A stretch of DNA of 64,000 bases. It comes from Gemmatimonadota bacterium (GTDB taxonomy: Bacteria > Gemmatimonadota > Gemmatimonadetes > Gemmatimonadales > GWC2-71-9). Both the position numbers and the translations under genes were made by a program. Below are positions 19,862 to 29,736 of the stretch, in pieces. The notes under the pieces were generated by a model. The model worked only from the letters and a program-made list of their open reading frames with translations, was not told the origin of the DNA and ran no database searches. Within the stretch, counting starts at the first letter, position 1. Each line of letters opens with the position of its first letter. The stretch spans positions 1,505-65,504 of the forward strand of contig JANMXA010000095.1 in the NCBI GenBank assembly GCA_031394255.1, given 5' to 3'.

Positions 19862-22456
19862 ATGGCCGAGACCGATCCGACCCCCGCCGAGCAGCTGGCG
19901 GCCTATCGCGCCAAACGTTCCGCCGACCGGACCCCTGAACCGTTCGGCGGGGAGGCCGTTCCCGCATCGCCGGGCGGTGGGCTGTTTGTCGTCCACAAGC
20001 ACGCCGCCCGCCAGCTCCATTTCGACTTCCGCTTCGAGATGGACGGAGTCCTCAAGTCGTGGGCGGTGCCGCGGGGTCCGTCGTACGACCGGGAGGAAAA
20101 GCGCCTGGCGGTCCGGGTCGAAGACCACCCGCTCGAGTACGGCGACTTCGAAGGCATGATCCCCGAGGGGAACTACGGGGCCGGCGCGGTGATCGTCTGG
20201 GACCGGGGCGAGTGGGTGCCGCTCGAAGATCCGAAGGCCGGCCTCGAGAAGGGGAAACTCCTCTTCGAGCTCAAGGGCTACAAGCTCCACGGCAAGTGGA
20301 CGCTGGTGAAGATCAAGAAGAGTGAGAAGGACTGGCTCCTGATCAAGGAGCGGGACTCATGGGTGAAGCAGCCTGGGGAGGATTTCCCCCAGGGGTCGGT
20401 CCTGTCCGGGCTCACCGTCGAGGACTTCAAGGCCGGCCGGAGCGCCGCCGATGTGCTCCGTGCCGAACTCGAGAAGCTCGATGTGCCGCGCCGTGCGGTG
20501 GATGCCGCCTCGGTCGACGTGATGCTGGCCGAACCCGCGGACACGGCGTTCACGAAGGACGACTGGATCTTCGAGCTCAAGTTGGACGGCTACCGGCTCC
20601 TCGCTTCGCATCGGGGCGGGGAAGCGCGGCTTTTCACCCGGAGCGGGGCCGACTACACGGCGGTATTTCCCGAGGTGGCCCGGTCGATGAAGGCGATGCC
20701 GCTCAAGAATGTGATTCTCGACGGGGAAGTGGTCGTGCTCGATCCTCAGGGGAAGCCCAGCTTCTCGATGCTGCAGCGACGGGGGCGCCTCTCGAAACCA
20801 ATCGAAATCCGCCGGGCGGCCATCGAGCTCCCGGCTACGTTCTTTGCCTTCGACCTGCTGGGCTTCGAGGACTTCGATCTCCGGCCGCTACCGCTTGTGG
20901 AGCGGAAACGGTTGCTCAAGTCGATTCTGCCGCCCCTGGGTCCGATTCGCTATCTCGATCACATCGAGCGGGAGGGGGTCGCGTTCCTGAGGCAGGTCGA
21001 GCAGATGGGGCTCGAGGGCATCATCGCCAAGAAAGCCGATGCGCCGTATCGGGCGGGCCGGTCGCCGAACTGGCTCAAGCTCAAGGCCGACAAGACCGGC
21101 GACTTCGCGATCGTTGGATTTACGGAGCCGCAGGGCGGGCGCGGCGGGTTCGGCGCGCTCCAGCTCGCGGATGTGATCGATGGTCGGTTTGTGTACGCCG
21201 GCCGGGTCGGCACCGGGTTCGACGACCGTCAGCTGGCCGAGTATCGCGCCATGCTGGAACCGCTGATTCGCGAGGCGCCGGTCTGCTTCGGTCCGGTGAC
21301 CGCCCCCGGGACTGAGCCGCTTCCATCCGAGTCGATTCCGGAAACGAAAACCACGACCTGGGTGGAGCCGCGGTTCGTGTGCGAGGTCCGCTATCGCGAG
21401 TGGACCCCGGACGGTGTCCTTCGCCATCCCGCCTTTCTTCGTCTGCGGGACGACAAGCGCCCCGAGGATTGCGACCGGCAGGGCTGGACTTCGGCGCCCG
21501 CGCCCCAGCCGGCCCGTTCCCAGGCCTCGTCGGCACTCGCGCCCCGCACGGTGGCATTCTCGAATCTCGGCAAGATCTTCTGGCCCGAGGATGGGTACAC
21601 CAAGGGTGACATGATCGACTACTACCGCGAGATCGCCCCGTGGCTGCTGCCGTATCTCAAGGACCGGCCCGTGGTGCTGACCCGGTTTCCCGATGGCATT
21701 CACGGGAAGTCGTTCTACCAGAAGGATGCGCCGGAGTTTGCGCCCGACTGGATCCGGACCACGGCCATCTGGAGCGAAGACACCCAGCGAGACATCCGCT
21801 ATTTCGTCTGCGACGATCTCGAGACCCTGCTCTATCTTGCCAATTCGGGCACCATACCCCTGCACATCTGGGCGAGTCGAGTGGGGTCGCTGGAATTGCC
21901 CGACTGGTGCGTGATCGACCTCGATCCGAAAGAGGCGCCGTTTACCGACGTGTTGACGGTGGCGGCGACGCTGCACCGGATCTGCGACGAGGTCCGGTTG
22001 CCCAACTACGTCAAGACCACGGGCAAGACCGGGCTCCACATCCTGATTCCGCTCGGCCGGCAGTGCACCTACGAACAGTCGCGGACGTTAGGCGAGCTGC
22101 TGGCCCGCCTGGTGATCCGGGAGCACTCGGACATCGCCACGATCACCCGGCACGTGACCAAGCGGGGCGACAAGGTCTATCTCGACTATCTCCAGAACCG
22201 GCATGGCCAGCTGATCGTCTCGCCGTACAGCGTGCGGCCGCTGCCGGGGGCCGCGGTGTCGATGCCGATCACCTGGGACGACGTGGGCCCCGAGCTCGAG
22301 GCCCGGCGCCACACCTTCACGATCAGGACGGCCGTGGCCCGGATGGAGGCGCTCGGTTCGGACCCGGTACGTCCGGTGCTCGAGGAGCGGCCCGATCTGA
22401 CGTCAGTACTTGAACGACTGGCCGCCCGGTGGGCCACCGATCAGGGACCGGCATGA
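19862..22456 (+). CDS. ligD: DNA ligase D (phosphoesterase-ligase-polymerase)
   Basis: PE: HAARQLHFDFRFE, EDHPLEY; ligase: ELKLDGYR, LEGIIAK, WLKLK; polymerase: RFPDGI..FYQK, VIDLDP, KTTGKTGLH, YLDYLQN. Confidence 0.97.
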   Translation: MAETDPTPAEQLAAYRAKRSADRTPEPFGGEAVPASPGGGLFVVHKHAARQLHFDFRFEMDGVLKSWAVPRGPSYDREEKRLAVRVEDHPLEYGDFEGMIPEGNYGAGAVIVWDRGEWVPLEDPKAGLEKGKLLFELKGYKLHGKWTLVKIKKSEKDWLLIKERDSWVKQPGEDFPQGSVLSGLTVEDFKAGRSAADVLRAELEKLDVPRRAVDAASVDVMLAEPADTAFTKDDWIFELKLDGYRLLASHRGGEARLFTRSGADYTAVFPEVARSMKAMPLKNVILDGEVVVLDPQGKPSFSMLQRRGRLSKPIEIRRAAIELPATFFAFDLLGFEDFDLRPLPLVERKRLLKSILPPLGPIRYLDHIEREGVAFLRQVEQMGLEGIIAKKADAPYRAGRSPNWLKLKADKTGDFAIVGFTEPQGGRGGFGALQLADVIDGRFVYAGRVGTGFDDRQLAEYRAMLEPLIREAPVCFGPVTAPGTEPLPSESIPETKTTTWVEPRFVCEVRYREWTPDGVLRHPAFLRLRDDKRPEDCDRQGWTSAPAPQPARSQASSALAPRTVAFSNLGKIFWPEDGYTKGDMIDYYREIAPWLLPYLKDRPVVLTRFPDGIHGKSFYQKDAPEFAPDWIRTTAIWSEDTQRDIRYFVCDDLETLLYLANSGTIPLHIWASRVGSLELPDWCVIDLDPKEAPFTDVLTVAATLHRICDEVRLPNYVKTTGKTGLHILIPLGRQCTYEQSRTLGELLARLVIREHSDIATITRHVTKRGDKVYLDYLQNRHGQLIVSPYSVRPLPGAAVSMPITWDDVGPELEARRHTFTIRTAVARMEALGSDPVRPVLEERPDLTSVLERLAARWATDQGPA

Positions 22457-22717
22457 AGCCGGTATCGGTGACGGCGTTCTACTGCTGCGCCATCCGGGCC
22501 TGGGACGCCGGCCTGATGATCGGTGCCGGGTTCGACACCAGGGCCTTTCGGCTGCCGGCCGGCCGGTTTGTCGATCAGACAGTGGTCGTTGATGCGCGGG
22601 GTACGTCACCATCGGGCCGCGCCAATGCCCTGGATTCTCCTGGCCACGCTGCGTCGGCCAGGGCTCAAGGGAAGCCAAGTCTGGCGGTTCGACTACGGAG
22701 AGACGGCAGGCGGCTGA
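22453..22717 (+). pseudogene. Collapsed remnant of a SAM-dependent methyltransferase (LCM/TIGR00027-like)
   Basis: ATGA overlap with ligD; MKPVSVTAFYCCAIRAWDA joined directly to motif I IGAGFDTRAFRL; C-terminal-like segment PWILLATL...VWRFD in another frame. Confidence 0.65.
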
Positions 22718-22912
22718 CGCGCCAGTGGATGCCGATCGCCGCCCGGGACACCGGATGGGCCTGCGTGAGACCGCCGCCGCCAGGGACTCGGTGGGCAGGA
22801 AGCTCGGTCACTCGAAGCAGGAGCGGGTGGCTGGTTTTCGACCCCCCTGCCGGTGTCTCGGCCGCGGCGCCAGATTACCGGCACACCAAACCCCATTCCC
22901 GAGGAGCGTGCC

Positions 22913-24112
22913 ATGCGAGCCATCGTGCTGGCCCTGGCGGTCATCGGCGCGGGCGTTCCCGTTGCCGCCCAGAAGAAGCCACCGCGCCGTCCGGCCGCTG
23001 CCGACAGCAATGATGCTCGGGCGTATTACCGGGCCGGCCTCGTCGACATGGAGAAGGACGCCGAGCAGGCGGAGGCATCTCTCTATTGGGCGACGCGGTT
23101 GCAGCCGACGTGGGCCCAGGCCTTGTACCTCCGGCGCGTGACCGAACTCCGCGCCGACGACTATACCCTGGTCCGGTACTACCAGGGCGACCGCAAGGCC
23201 CGCCGTGCCATGCAGGGGGCCGACTCGCTGCTCTACCGGGCCCGGATGATCGAGCCGTTTCTGCTCCTCGAACACGATCGTGATTTGTTGGTTCACTACC
23301 TCGAGACTGCGATTACCGCCGATACCAAGACCCGCAACCCCAATGCCAATGCCGGAGAACTACGCTACGCCGTCACGAACTATATCCGGGAGCTGATGCA
23401 GGAAGACAACCGGAACCATGTCATGGCCGGTTGGCTGGCTTTCTCCGAAAGGCGATACCCTGAGGCGCTCGACCACTACGCCAAGGCGATCGGGTCCAAG
23501 CACGAGAGCCCCGGGTTGCATGACGATCGGGCCACCATGTTCTTCGTGCTCAAACAGTACGACAGCGCCGCCGCGGAGTTGCGCCACGCGGTGAACGAAA
23601 TGAAGAAAGAGGAGAAGAAGGAAGACGCGGTGATTTATCGGCCCAAGGCCTTGCTGGATTATCGTCTGGCTCATGTCTTCCTGATGGCCGACAAGACCGA
23701 CAGCGCCAAGGCCGCGCTGGGCCGGGCCCTGGAAGAAGACCTCGCGTTCTATCCCGCCCACATCACCCTGGCCAGCATGGCCCTGGCCCATGGCGACTCC
23801 GCCGGCGCCAAAGGAGAAATGGATCTGGCGGTCCAGCTCCAGCCAACCGATCCGTATCCCTTCATGCGGCACGCGGACCTGGCCATCGCCCTCCACGACT
23901 ACGACCAGGCGGCCGCGTCCCTCAAGAGCGTGATCGCGCTGGAACCGTTCTTCGCCGAACCGCACCGGCTGCTTGGCCTGGTGGCGGAGGCGCAGAAGAA
24001 TACGACGGACGCGATCGAGCATTATCGACGGTTCCTGTCGCTCACGGTCCGGGATGACCGTGCGGCGTCGGTCCTGCGGGACAGAATCAAGCAGCTTGGC
24101 GGGGTGCAGTGA
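22913..24112 (+). CDS. Secreted tetratricopeptide-repeat protein
   Basis: GAGGAG RBS; signal MRAIVLALAVIGAGVPVAA; TPR patterns (YPEALDHYAKAI, AVQLQPTDP, VIALEPFFAEPH). Confidence 0.88.
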   Translation: MRAIVLALAVIGAGVPVAAQKKPPRRPAAADSNDARAYYRAGLVDMEKDAEQAEASLYWATRLQPTWAQALYLRRVTELRADDYTLVRYYQGDRKARRAMQGADSLLYRARMIEPFLLLEHDRDLLVHYLETAITADTKTRNPNANAGELRYAVTNYIRELMQEDNRNHVMAGWLAFSERRYPEALDHYAKAIGSKHESPGLHDDRATMFFVLKQYDSAAAELRHAVNEMKKEEKKEDAVIYRPKALLDYRLAHVFLMADKTDSAKAALGRALEEDLAFYPAHITLASMALAHGDSAGAKGEMDLAVQLQPTDPYPFMRHADLAIALHDYDQAAASLKSVIALEPFFAEPHRLLGLVAEAQKNTTDAIEHYRRFLSLTVRDDRAASVLRDRIKQLGGVQ

Positions 24113-25677
24113 GGGCGGGGGTGCTGGCCATGCTGGCGGCCTTTACGCTGGCCGGACCGGCGGCCTCAGCACAGTCGCCCGCCGCCACCACGGCAATCCG
24201 CAAGCCGACGCTGGGGGAGGATCTCCAGATGTTCAGCCAGGTGCTCAACCAGCTCCGGCTCAACCATGTCGACTCGCTCGACAGTCACACCCTGATCCTC
24301 GCGGCAGTCGAAGGGATGATCGAGGCGGCGGATCCGCATTCCTATATTCTGCCGATTGCCCGTCTGTCGGCCGAGAAGGCTCAGGCGTGGGAAGACGGCA
24401 AGCTCGTGCCGGTTCCCGTGGCATTCCAGTTTCTGCGGGGCGCCCCGGTGGTAGCCAGCGTGGCCCCCACGTCCTCGGCGGCGCGGCAGGACATCCTCGT
24501 CGGTGACGAACTGGTGGCGGCCGACGGGAAGCCGGTCCTGGCGACGAGCCCGGACGAGCTCTCGATCACGCTCTCGGGGGAGAAGAACAGCGTGGTCCGC
24601 CTGACGCTGAGCCGGCAACGCAGTGACGGTTCGCGGCTCGAAGTCGTCCGTGAAGTAAAGCGCCAGCAGGCGGACGAAGCGACCGCCGTACCGATCGCCG
24701 AGATGGTGGACGCCGAAACCGGCTACGTCCGGATCACCACGTTCAGCAACGGCAAAGTGGCCGAGGACCTCCACTCGGCCGTGGGCCGGCTCAAATCCCG
24801 CGGGATGAAGCGGCTGGTTCTCGACCTGCGGGACAACGGCGGCGGGATCGTGGATGAAGCGGCCCACGTCGCGGGGGAGTTTCTTCCGGCCGGCGCGATT
24901 GTCTACGTGGCGGAGAAGAAGAAGGCGGAGAAGCCGGACACCGTGACCGTCAAGCGATCGTTCTGGAAGAGCGAAGACCGCTATCCGGTGGCGGTCCTCG
25001 TCAACGAGGGTACCGCGAGCGCCTCCGAGCTGGTGGCCGGGGCCCTGCAGGACCACGATCGGGCGCTGATCATGGGGCGTCCCACATTCGGCAAATCGCT
25101 GCTGATGCGGGGATTTCCTCTGGTGGACGGCTCCGTCATCATGATGGCGTTCGGCCGGGTCAAGACGCCGTGTGGCCGGGTCGTCCAGCGCGAGTACCGG
25201 CAGATGAGCCGGCGGGACTACTACCGCCAGGCGGGGGCGGTGCAGGACACGACCGGGCGGCCCAGCTGCAAGACCGCAAGCGGTCGCACCGTGTATGGTG
25301 GTGGCGGCGTCTTCCCCGACGTGCTGGTGCCGGAACGAACTCCGTTACCGGTCTGGCTGGCGCGAATCGAAGAACAGGATCTTCCTCTGGCGTGGGTGGG
25401 CGGATACCTCACCGGCGCCGCGCTGCCGACGCTCGATTCCTTGCTGGCGGCGCGGAAGCCTCCCGCCGGTGCGGTGGCGAGCTTCCGGCAGTTTGCTACC
25501 GGAAGAAGCGCCACTATCCCGACAGACCCGGAATCGGATGCCCGGCTCGAACGGATGTTGCTGGGGCAGATCGTGTGGGGGAAGTGGGGGGAAGCTGGAT
25601 TCTACCGGTTGGCCGCAACGGTCGATCCGGTTGTGGGCCAGGCCGCCGCGGCGTTGGCCCGGGCCAAGGCGCCCTGA
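24109..25677 (+). CDS. Carboxyl-terminal processing protease, S41A family (PDZ + catalytic domain)
   Basis: GYVRITTF, LDLRDNGGG, TASASELVAGALQD (Ser), TFGKS (Lys), GGGVFPDV. Confidence 0.95.
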   Translation: MRAGVLAMLAAFTLAGPAASAQSPAATTAIRKPTLGEDLQMFSQVLNQLRLNHVDSLDSHTLILAAVEGMIEAADPHSYILPIARLSAEKAQAWEDGKLVPVPVAFQFLRGAPVVASVAPTSSAARQDILVGDELVAADGKPVLATSPDELSITLSGEKNSVVRLTLSRQRSDGSRLEVVREVKRQQADEATAVPIAEMVDAETGYVRITTFSNGKVAEDLHSAVGRLKSRGMKRLVLDLRDNGGGIVDEAAHVAGEFLPAGAIVYVAEKKKAEKPDTVTVKRSFWKSEDRYPVAVLVNEGTASASELVAGALQDHDRALIMGRPTFGKSLLMRGFPLVDGSVIMMAFGRVKTPCGRVVQREYRQMSRRDYYRQAGAVQDTTGRPSCKTASGRTVYGGGGVFPDVLVPERTPLPVWLARIEEQDLPLAWVGGYLTGAALPTLDSLLAARKPPAGAVASFRQFATGRSATIPTDPESDARLERMLLGQIVWGKWGEAGFYRLAATVDPVVGQAAAALARAKAP

Positions 25678-25678
25678 A

Positions 25679-27391
25679 TCAGTCCGGTCTTCCCGGGGCC
25701 GGAACCAGCGGCAGCGTGACGTAGGAGCCACGGTCCCGGTCGTGGTAGATCGTCTGATCGGCGACTGAGAGCCGAGCCGAAGTGCCGATCGGATCACCCG
25801 TGTTCGGATTCCGGTCGAACTTGGGAAACGCGCTCGACGCGATCTCCACCCGGACGCGATGCCCCGGCAACACCATCTGGCAGGTATTCCAGACGTCGAT
25901 GTCGTACGTATAGACTTTCCCCGGCTCGATCAGCTCGGGTTTCTCCCACCCGTTCCGGAATCGTGCCCGCACCATGCCGTCATTGAGCCGCTGGACGTAG
26001 CCGTTCGGCCAGACGTCCAGCACCTTCACCATGAAATCCGTGTCGGTGGCCGATGATCCGGCATAGATCCGGGCCGTCAAGGGACCGCAGAGCAGCGCGG
26101 AGGCCTTGAACGGCGCCGTCGTGTAGAACAGCAGGTCCTTCCGGGTTTCCACCCTGGCGTAGTCGTCGGGTCCGCCCAGTTGCGCGAACGACGGCTCGGT
26201 CAGGAAGGGTGTCGGATCGGCGGGGTCGTAGCGGTAGGTGTCAGGCCGCTCGATGGGTGCAGGGGCCGTGGTAGTGAGGCGGCCGCCGGACCCGAGATAG
26301 TACTTGGTGAACGCCGTGCCGGGGATCGGCCAGTCGTCGGCCTCGAACCAGCGATTGGCCTGCATCGCGAACAGACGCACGCGCTTGCCCATCGCGGCGG
26401 CCTTCCCCTTGAGCCAGCGGTCGAACCACTCGACTTCCGTGCTGAGCAGATCGATCACGGCATCCGGTCCGAAATCCAGGCGGCCGAGTTTCCGGGTCGA
26501 GTTGATCGCGTGGGGCCACGGGCCGATCAGCAGCTGTTGCCGGTCACGCGCCGCCGCGGTTCCGGCGCGGGTCCGCATTCCCACGTAGTTCATCGGGGTG
26601 GCGCGCTGGGTGTCGTCGTACCATCCCGTGATATGGAGTGCCGGCACGTCGGCCCGCTCCAGGCGATCCTGATAGCGGAGCGGGTCCCACCACTGGTCCC
26701 GGGTAGAGTGGGTGATCATGTCCCGCCACAACGGGTTGGGCCGGCCCGCCGCTTCGTCCATCGTCAGGAGCGGGAGATGCCAGTTGAGCCGGTCCCAGTC
26801 GACCGCGTCCATGTTCTGCATCACCTTGCCGGCCGTGAGGTGATACCAGGAGATCATCGTCGGCGTCGGTACGCCGCCGGGGCCGGTGATCCAGACATCC
26901 TCAAACGGATCCGCCATCGGTGCCAGCGCGATGATGGCGGCCAGGTGGGGCGGCCGGCGCACCGCGGCCACCCACTGGTTGTAGCCGACGTACGACCGGC
27001 CGATGGTGCCGACTTTGCCGGTGGACCAGGATTGCGCCGCGCACCATTCGATCGCGTCGTAGCCGTCGTCCCCCTCGTGAAAGTACGGGCGCCACTCGCC
27101 GTCCGAGTCGCCCCGCCCCCGCACGTCCACCGCGACGTACACATATCCTCGGCCGGCAAACGCCCGCGCCTCCTTGAGGATCGCGTCGCCGTTCTTGTTG
27201 TAGGGAGTCCGCATCAGGACGACCGGATACCGGCCCAGGGCGGCGGGGCGGTAGATGTCGGCGGCGAGGGTGACGCCATCACGCATGGCGATCCTCACGT
27301 CGAACTGAATGGCGACCGAGTCCGGGGAGACGGTTGGGCCCGATCCTGCTGGCGTGAGCGCCATCAGGCCGAGTACCAGCGGAAGCATCAT
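25679..27391 (-). CDS. CocE/NonD family hydrolase (S15-like), secreted
   Basis: MRDGVTLAADIYRP, RTPY, DVRGRGDSDG, GRSYVG (Ser), GWYD, GPWPH; ORF-track N-terminal extension overlaps the upstream gene and is spurious. Confidence 0.94.
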   Translation of the reverse strand: MMLPLVLGLMALTPAGSGPTVSPDSVAIQFDVRIAMRDGVTLAADIYRPAALGRYPVVLMRTPYNKNGDAILKEARAFAGRGYVYVAVDVRGRGDSDGEWRPYFHEGDDGYDAIEWCAAQSWSTGKVGTIGRSYVGYNQWVAAVRRPPHLAAIIALAPMADPFEDVWITGPGGVPTPTMISWYHLTAGKVMQNMDAVDWDRLNWHLPLLTMDEAAGRPNPLWRDMITHSTRDQWWDPLRYQDRLERADVPALHITGWYDDTQRATPMNYVGMRTRAGTAAARDRQQLLIGPWPHAINSTRKLGRLDFGPDAVIDLLSTEVEWFDRWLKGKAAAMGKRVRLFAMQANRWFEADDWPIPGTAFTKYYLGSGGRLTTTAPAPIERPDTYRYDPADPTPFLTEPSFAQLGGPDDYARVETRKDLLFYTTAPFKASALLCGPLTARIYAGSSATDTDFMVKVLDVWPNGYVQRLNDGMVRARFRNGWEKPELIEPGKVYTYDIDVWNTCQMVLPGHRVRVEIASSAFPKFDRNPNTGDPIGTSARLSVADQTIYHDRDRGSYVTLPLVPAPGRPD

Positions 27392-28233
27392 CACACCGGC
27401 TGGGTTTTGGCGTACTCGAAGTAGAGGGACCGCGCCACCATCGTCGCATCGTGCCGGTTCAGCTTCCGGTTCTCGTACCGCGTGACCGGAAGCACTTTGC
27501 CGTGGTTGCCGGTGGAAAACAGCTCGTCGGCCTCGTTCAGGTCCTCTAGCGTGACGACCCGTTCCTCCGCCTTGTGTCCGGCATCCCGGAGCAGGTGGAG
27601 CAACCGGAATCTTGTGATGCCGGCCAGAAAAGTTCCGTTTGGCACCGGCGTGCTGTAGACGCCGTTCTTCACGAGCCAGATGTTCTGGGATGTCAGTTCG
27701 CCAACCGTTCCGTCCGGTGAACGCATGACGGCGTTGTCGAAGCCGCGGGCCCTCGCATCGGTCACCGCCATGTTGGACATCGGATAGAGACAGGCAGCCT
27801 TCGCCAGCGTGGGCGCCTGATCCGGGGATGCCCGCCGGTAGGGTGAGAGGCAGAGCGTGAAGCCGGTCGGCTCGGGCAGCGGGACCGGCGTCAGGACGAT
27901 CGCGAAACGGGTGGAGTCCGGATTGAACGGAATCCATCCCTCCTGGATCCAGAACATCGGCCGCAGGTAGAGTTCGGTGCCGGGCGGAAACCGGTTGATC
28001 CCCTGCCGGATCAGTGCTTCGATCTCCGGCGCGGTATGGGTCGGCTTCATCTGGAGCGTCAGGGCCGACCGGATGACCCGCTGGCAATGGAGGCCGAGGT
28101 CGGGGGCAAATCCCGCGAAGGCGCGGGCGCCGTCGAACACGATGTTGGCCATCCAGCCGGCGTTGGTATCGGAATCCATGAGCGGGGTCGGGCCGTCATG
28201 CCAGGCGCCGTTGTAGTAGCAGATTGAGGTCAC
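27391..28233 (-). CDS. PLP-dependent aminotransferase class IV (branched-chain amino acid aminotransferase-like)
   Basis: VFDGAR, LHCQRV, YLRPM, AKAACLY (PLP Lys), FLAGITR, ADELFSTG. Confidence 0.92.
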   Translation of the reverse strand: MTSICYYNGAWHDGPTPLMDSDTNAGWMANIVFDGARAFAGFAPDLGLHCQRVIRSALTLQMKPTHTAPEIEALIRQGINRFPPGTELYLRPMFWIQEGWIPFNPDSTRFAIVLTPVPLPEPTGFTLCLSPYRRASPDQAPTLAKAACLYPMSNMAVTDARARGFDNAVMRSPDGTVGELTSQNIWLVKNGVYSTPVPNGTFLAGITRFRLLHLLRDAGHKAEERVVTLEDLNEADELFSTGNHGKVLPVTRYENRKLNRHDATMVARSLYFEYAKTQPV

Positions 28234-28291
28234 GAAGCGTTTCCTGTGTTGGTACTGGGGAATGAAACCGTTCCGAACCCGACACGCAACG

Positions 28292-29716
28292 TCAACGCGC
28301 CGACCCTTCGCCTTCCGATTCGGGTGTGATCCAGGCCTTGAGCCAGCGCCCGACGCCGGCCGCCTTGGCGGCGGCTCGTCCCAGAAGATATCCCACAGCC
28401 GTGGGCCAATCGAGTTGCTTGACCGCTTGGGTATCCCCCAGCGACTCCATCAGCCGTCCCCGCATCCGCCACAGCGTCGGCCCCGCGGACAGAATTGGGT
28501 TGTACTCGGGGTCGTACCGGACCCCTACGCCTTCGATCAGCGCCGAGGTCCGTGCGAAGTAGACCAGATCGCTGGGAAGCCGGATCGGCCAATCGTAGAG
28601 TTCGTGGAGGATTTCGCGGGTCAGCAGTTCCACGCGCTGCCTGGTGGTCGTCCGTTGCGCGGCGAGATCGAGCAGGACGGCGGCGAGTCGCTCGATCTGG
28701 GCTCGATCGGCACCGGGCTCGACCAGACCCAAGGCGTAGAACCCATCCACCACACCGACGGCCTGATTCTGGACCGCGGCAAACACCGTGTCCACCAGGA
28801 CCTTCCGCCGATCCCGCGGCACCTGGATCACCACGCCGAAATCCAGCAGTACGATCCGGCCCCGGTCGTCCACCAGCACATTCCCCGGGTGCGGGTCGGC
28901 GTGGAAGAGACCGTCCACCAGCATCATCTGGATGTAGAGCTCGAGGAGCCGCTCCACGACCGCCGGAATCCGGAGCCCGCCGTAGGTCGCGGCCGGATCC
29001 ATGGCGTCGATCCGGATCCCTTCGACGAACTCCATGGTCAACACGTCCCGTCCCGACACCTCGGCCACGGGTTCGGGGATCCTGATCCTGGGGTTGCCGG
29101 CGAAGTTGGCCCGGACCAGCCGGAGATTCTCGGCTTCGATCACGAAATCCATTTCGTCGCCGATCCGGCGGCCGAACTCCTCAACGATGGCGCTGATGGC
29201 GCGGGTATGAACGTTGGGGTACCAGCGGGTCATCCGGCCGGCGATCCACCCGGCCGCCTCGATGTCGGTGGCCACGAGTTCACGGACCCCCGGGCGGAGC
29301 ACCTTCACGGCCACGTCGCGGCCGCGATACGTGGCCCGGTGGACCTGCCCCAGGGACCCGGCCGCGAGCGGCGTCGGATCGAACCAGCTGAACAGATCGG
29401 GCAGAGGACGGCGAAGGCAACGCTGGATGGTCAGCTCGATCATCTCGAGCGGGACCGCCGGCACCTTGTCGGTGAGCGTGTTGAGCGTTCCGGCGTACTC
29501 GTCGGGCAGCAGGTCGGTCCGGCCGGCGAACAGCTGCCCCATCTTGACGAAGCTTGGGCCGAGTTCGACGATCGACGCGAGGAGCCGCCGGGCCCGCCGT
29601 TCGTGGAACGCGGCGGTTCGCTCGGCGGGCCCGCCCCAGAAGAACCACCGGCGCCGGTCCCGCAGAACCGACAGCAGGAGCGGCACCGCGTGTTTGAGAA
29701 TGACGAGCAGGCGCAT
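28292..29716 (-). CDS. AarF/ABC1/UbiB family kinase
   Basis: LGPSFVKMGQ, AAGSLGQVHRA, AVKVLRPG, FHADPHPGN, LLDFG. Confidence 0.95.
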   Translation of the reverse strand: MRLLVILKHAVPLLLSVLRDRRRWFFWGGPAERTAAFHERRARRLLASIVELGPSFVKMGQLFAGRTDLLPDEYAGTLNTLTDKVPAVPLEMIELTIQRCLRRPLPDLFSWFDPTPLAAGSLGQVHRATYRGRDVAVKVLRPGVRELVATDIEAAGWIAGRMTRWYPNVHTRAISAIVEEFGRRIGDEMDFVIEAENLRLVRANFAGNPRIRIPEPVAEVSGRDVLTMEFVEGIRIDAMDPAATYGGLRIPAVVERLLELYIQMMLVDGLFHADPHPGNVLVDDRGRIVLLDFGVVIQVPRDRRKVLVDTVFAAVQNQAVGVVDGFYALGLVEPGADRAQIERLAAVLLDLAAQRTTTRQRVELLTREILHELYDWPIRLPSDLVYFARTSALIEGVGVRYDPEYNPILSAGPTLWRMRGRLMESLGDTQAVKQLDWPTAVGYLLGRAAAKAAGVGRWLKAWITPESEGEGSAR

Positions 29717-29736
29717 GGCGCCAGCAATCTACCGGC

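Noticed and set aside
27392-28087. N-terminal extension making the CocE ORF 802 aa
   Set aside because: Overlaps the aminotransferase in another frame; the signal peptide starts at 27391. Similar spurious extensions were trimmed for ORFs 34437-35978, 37550, 43888, 45890, 51409 and 55449.
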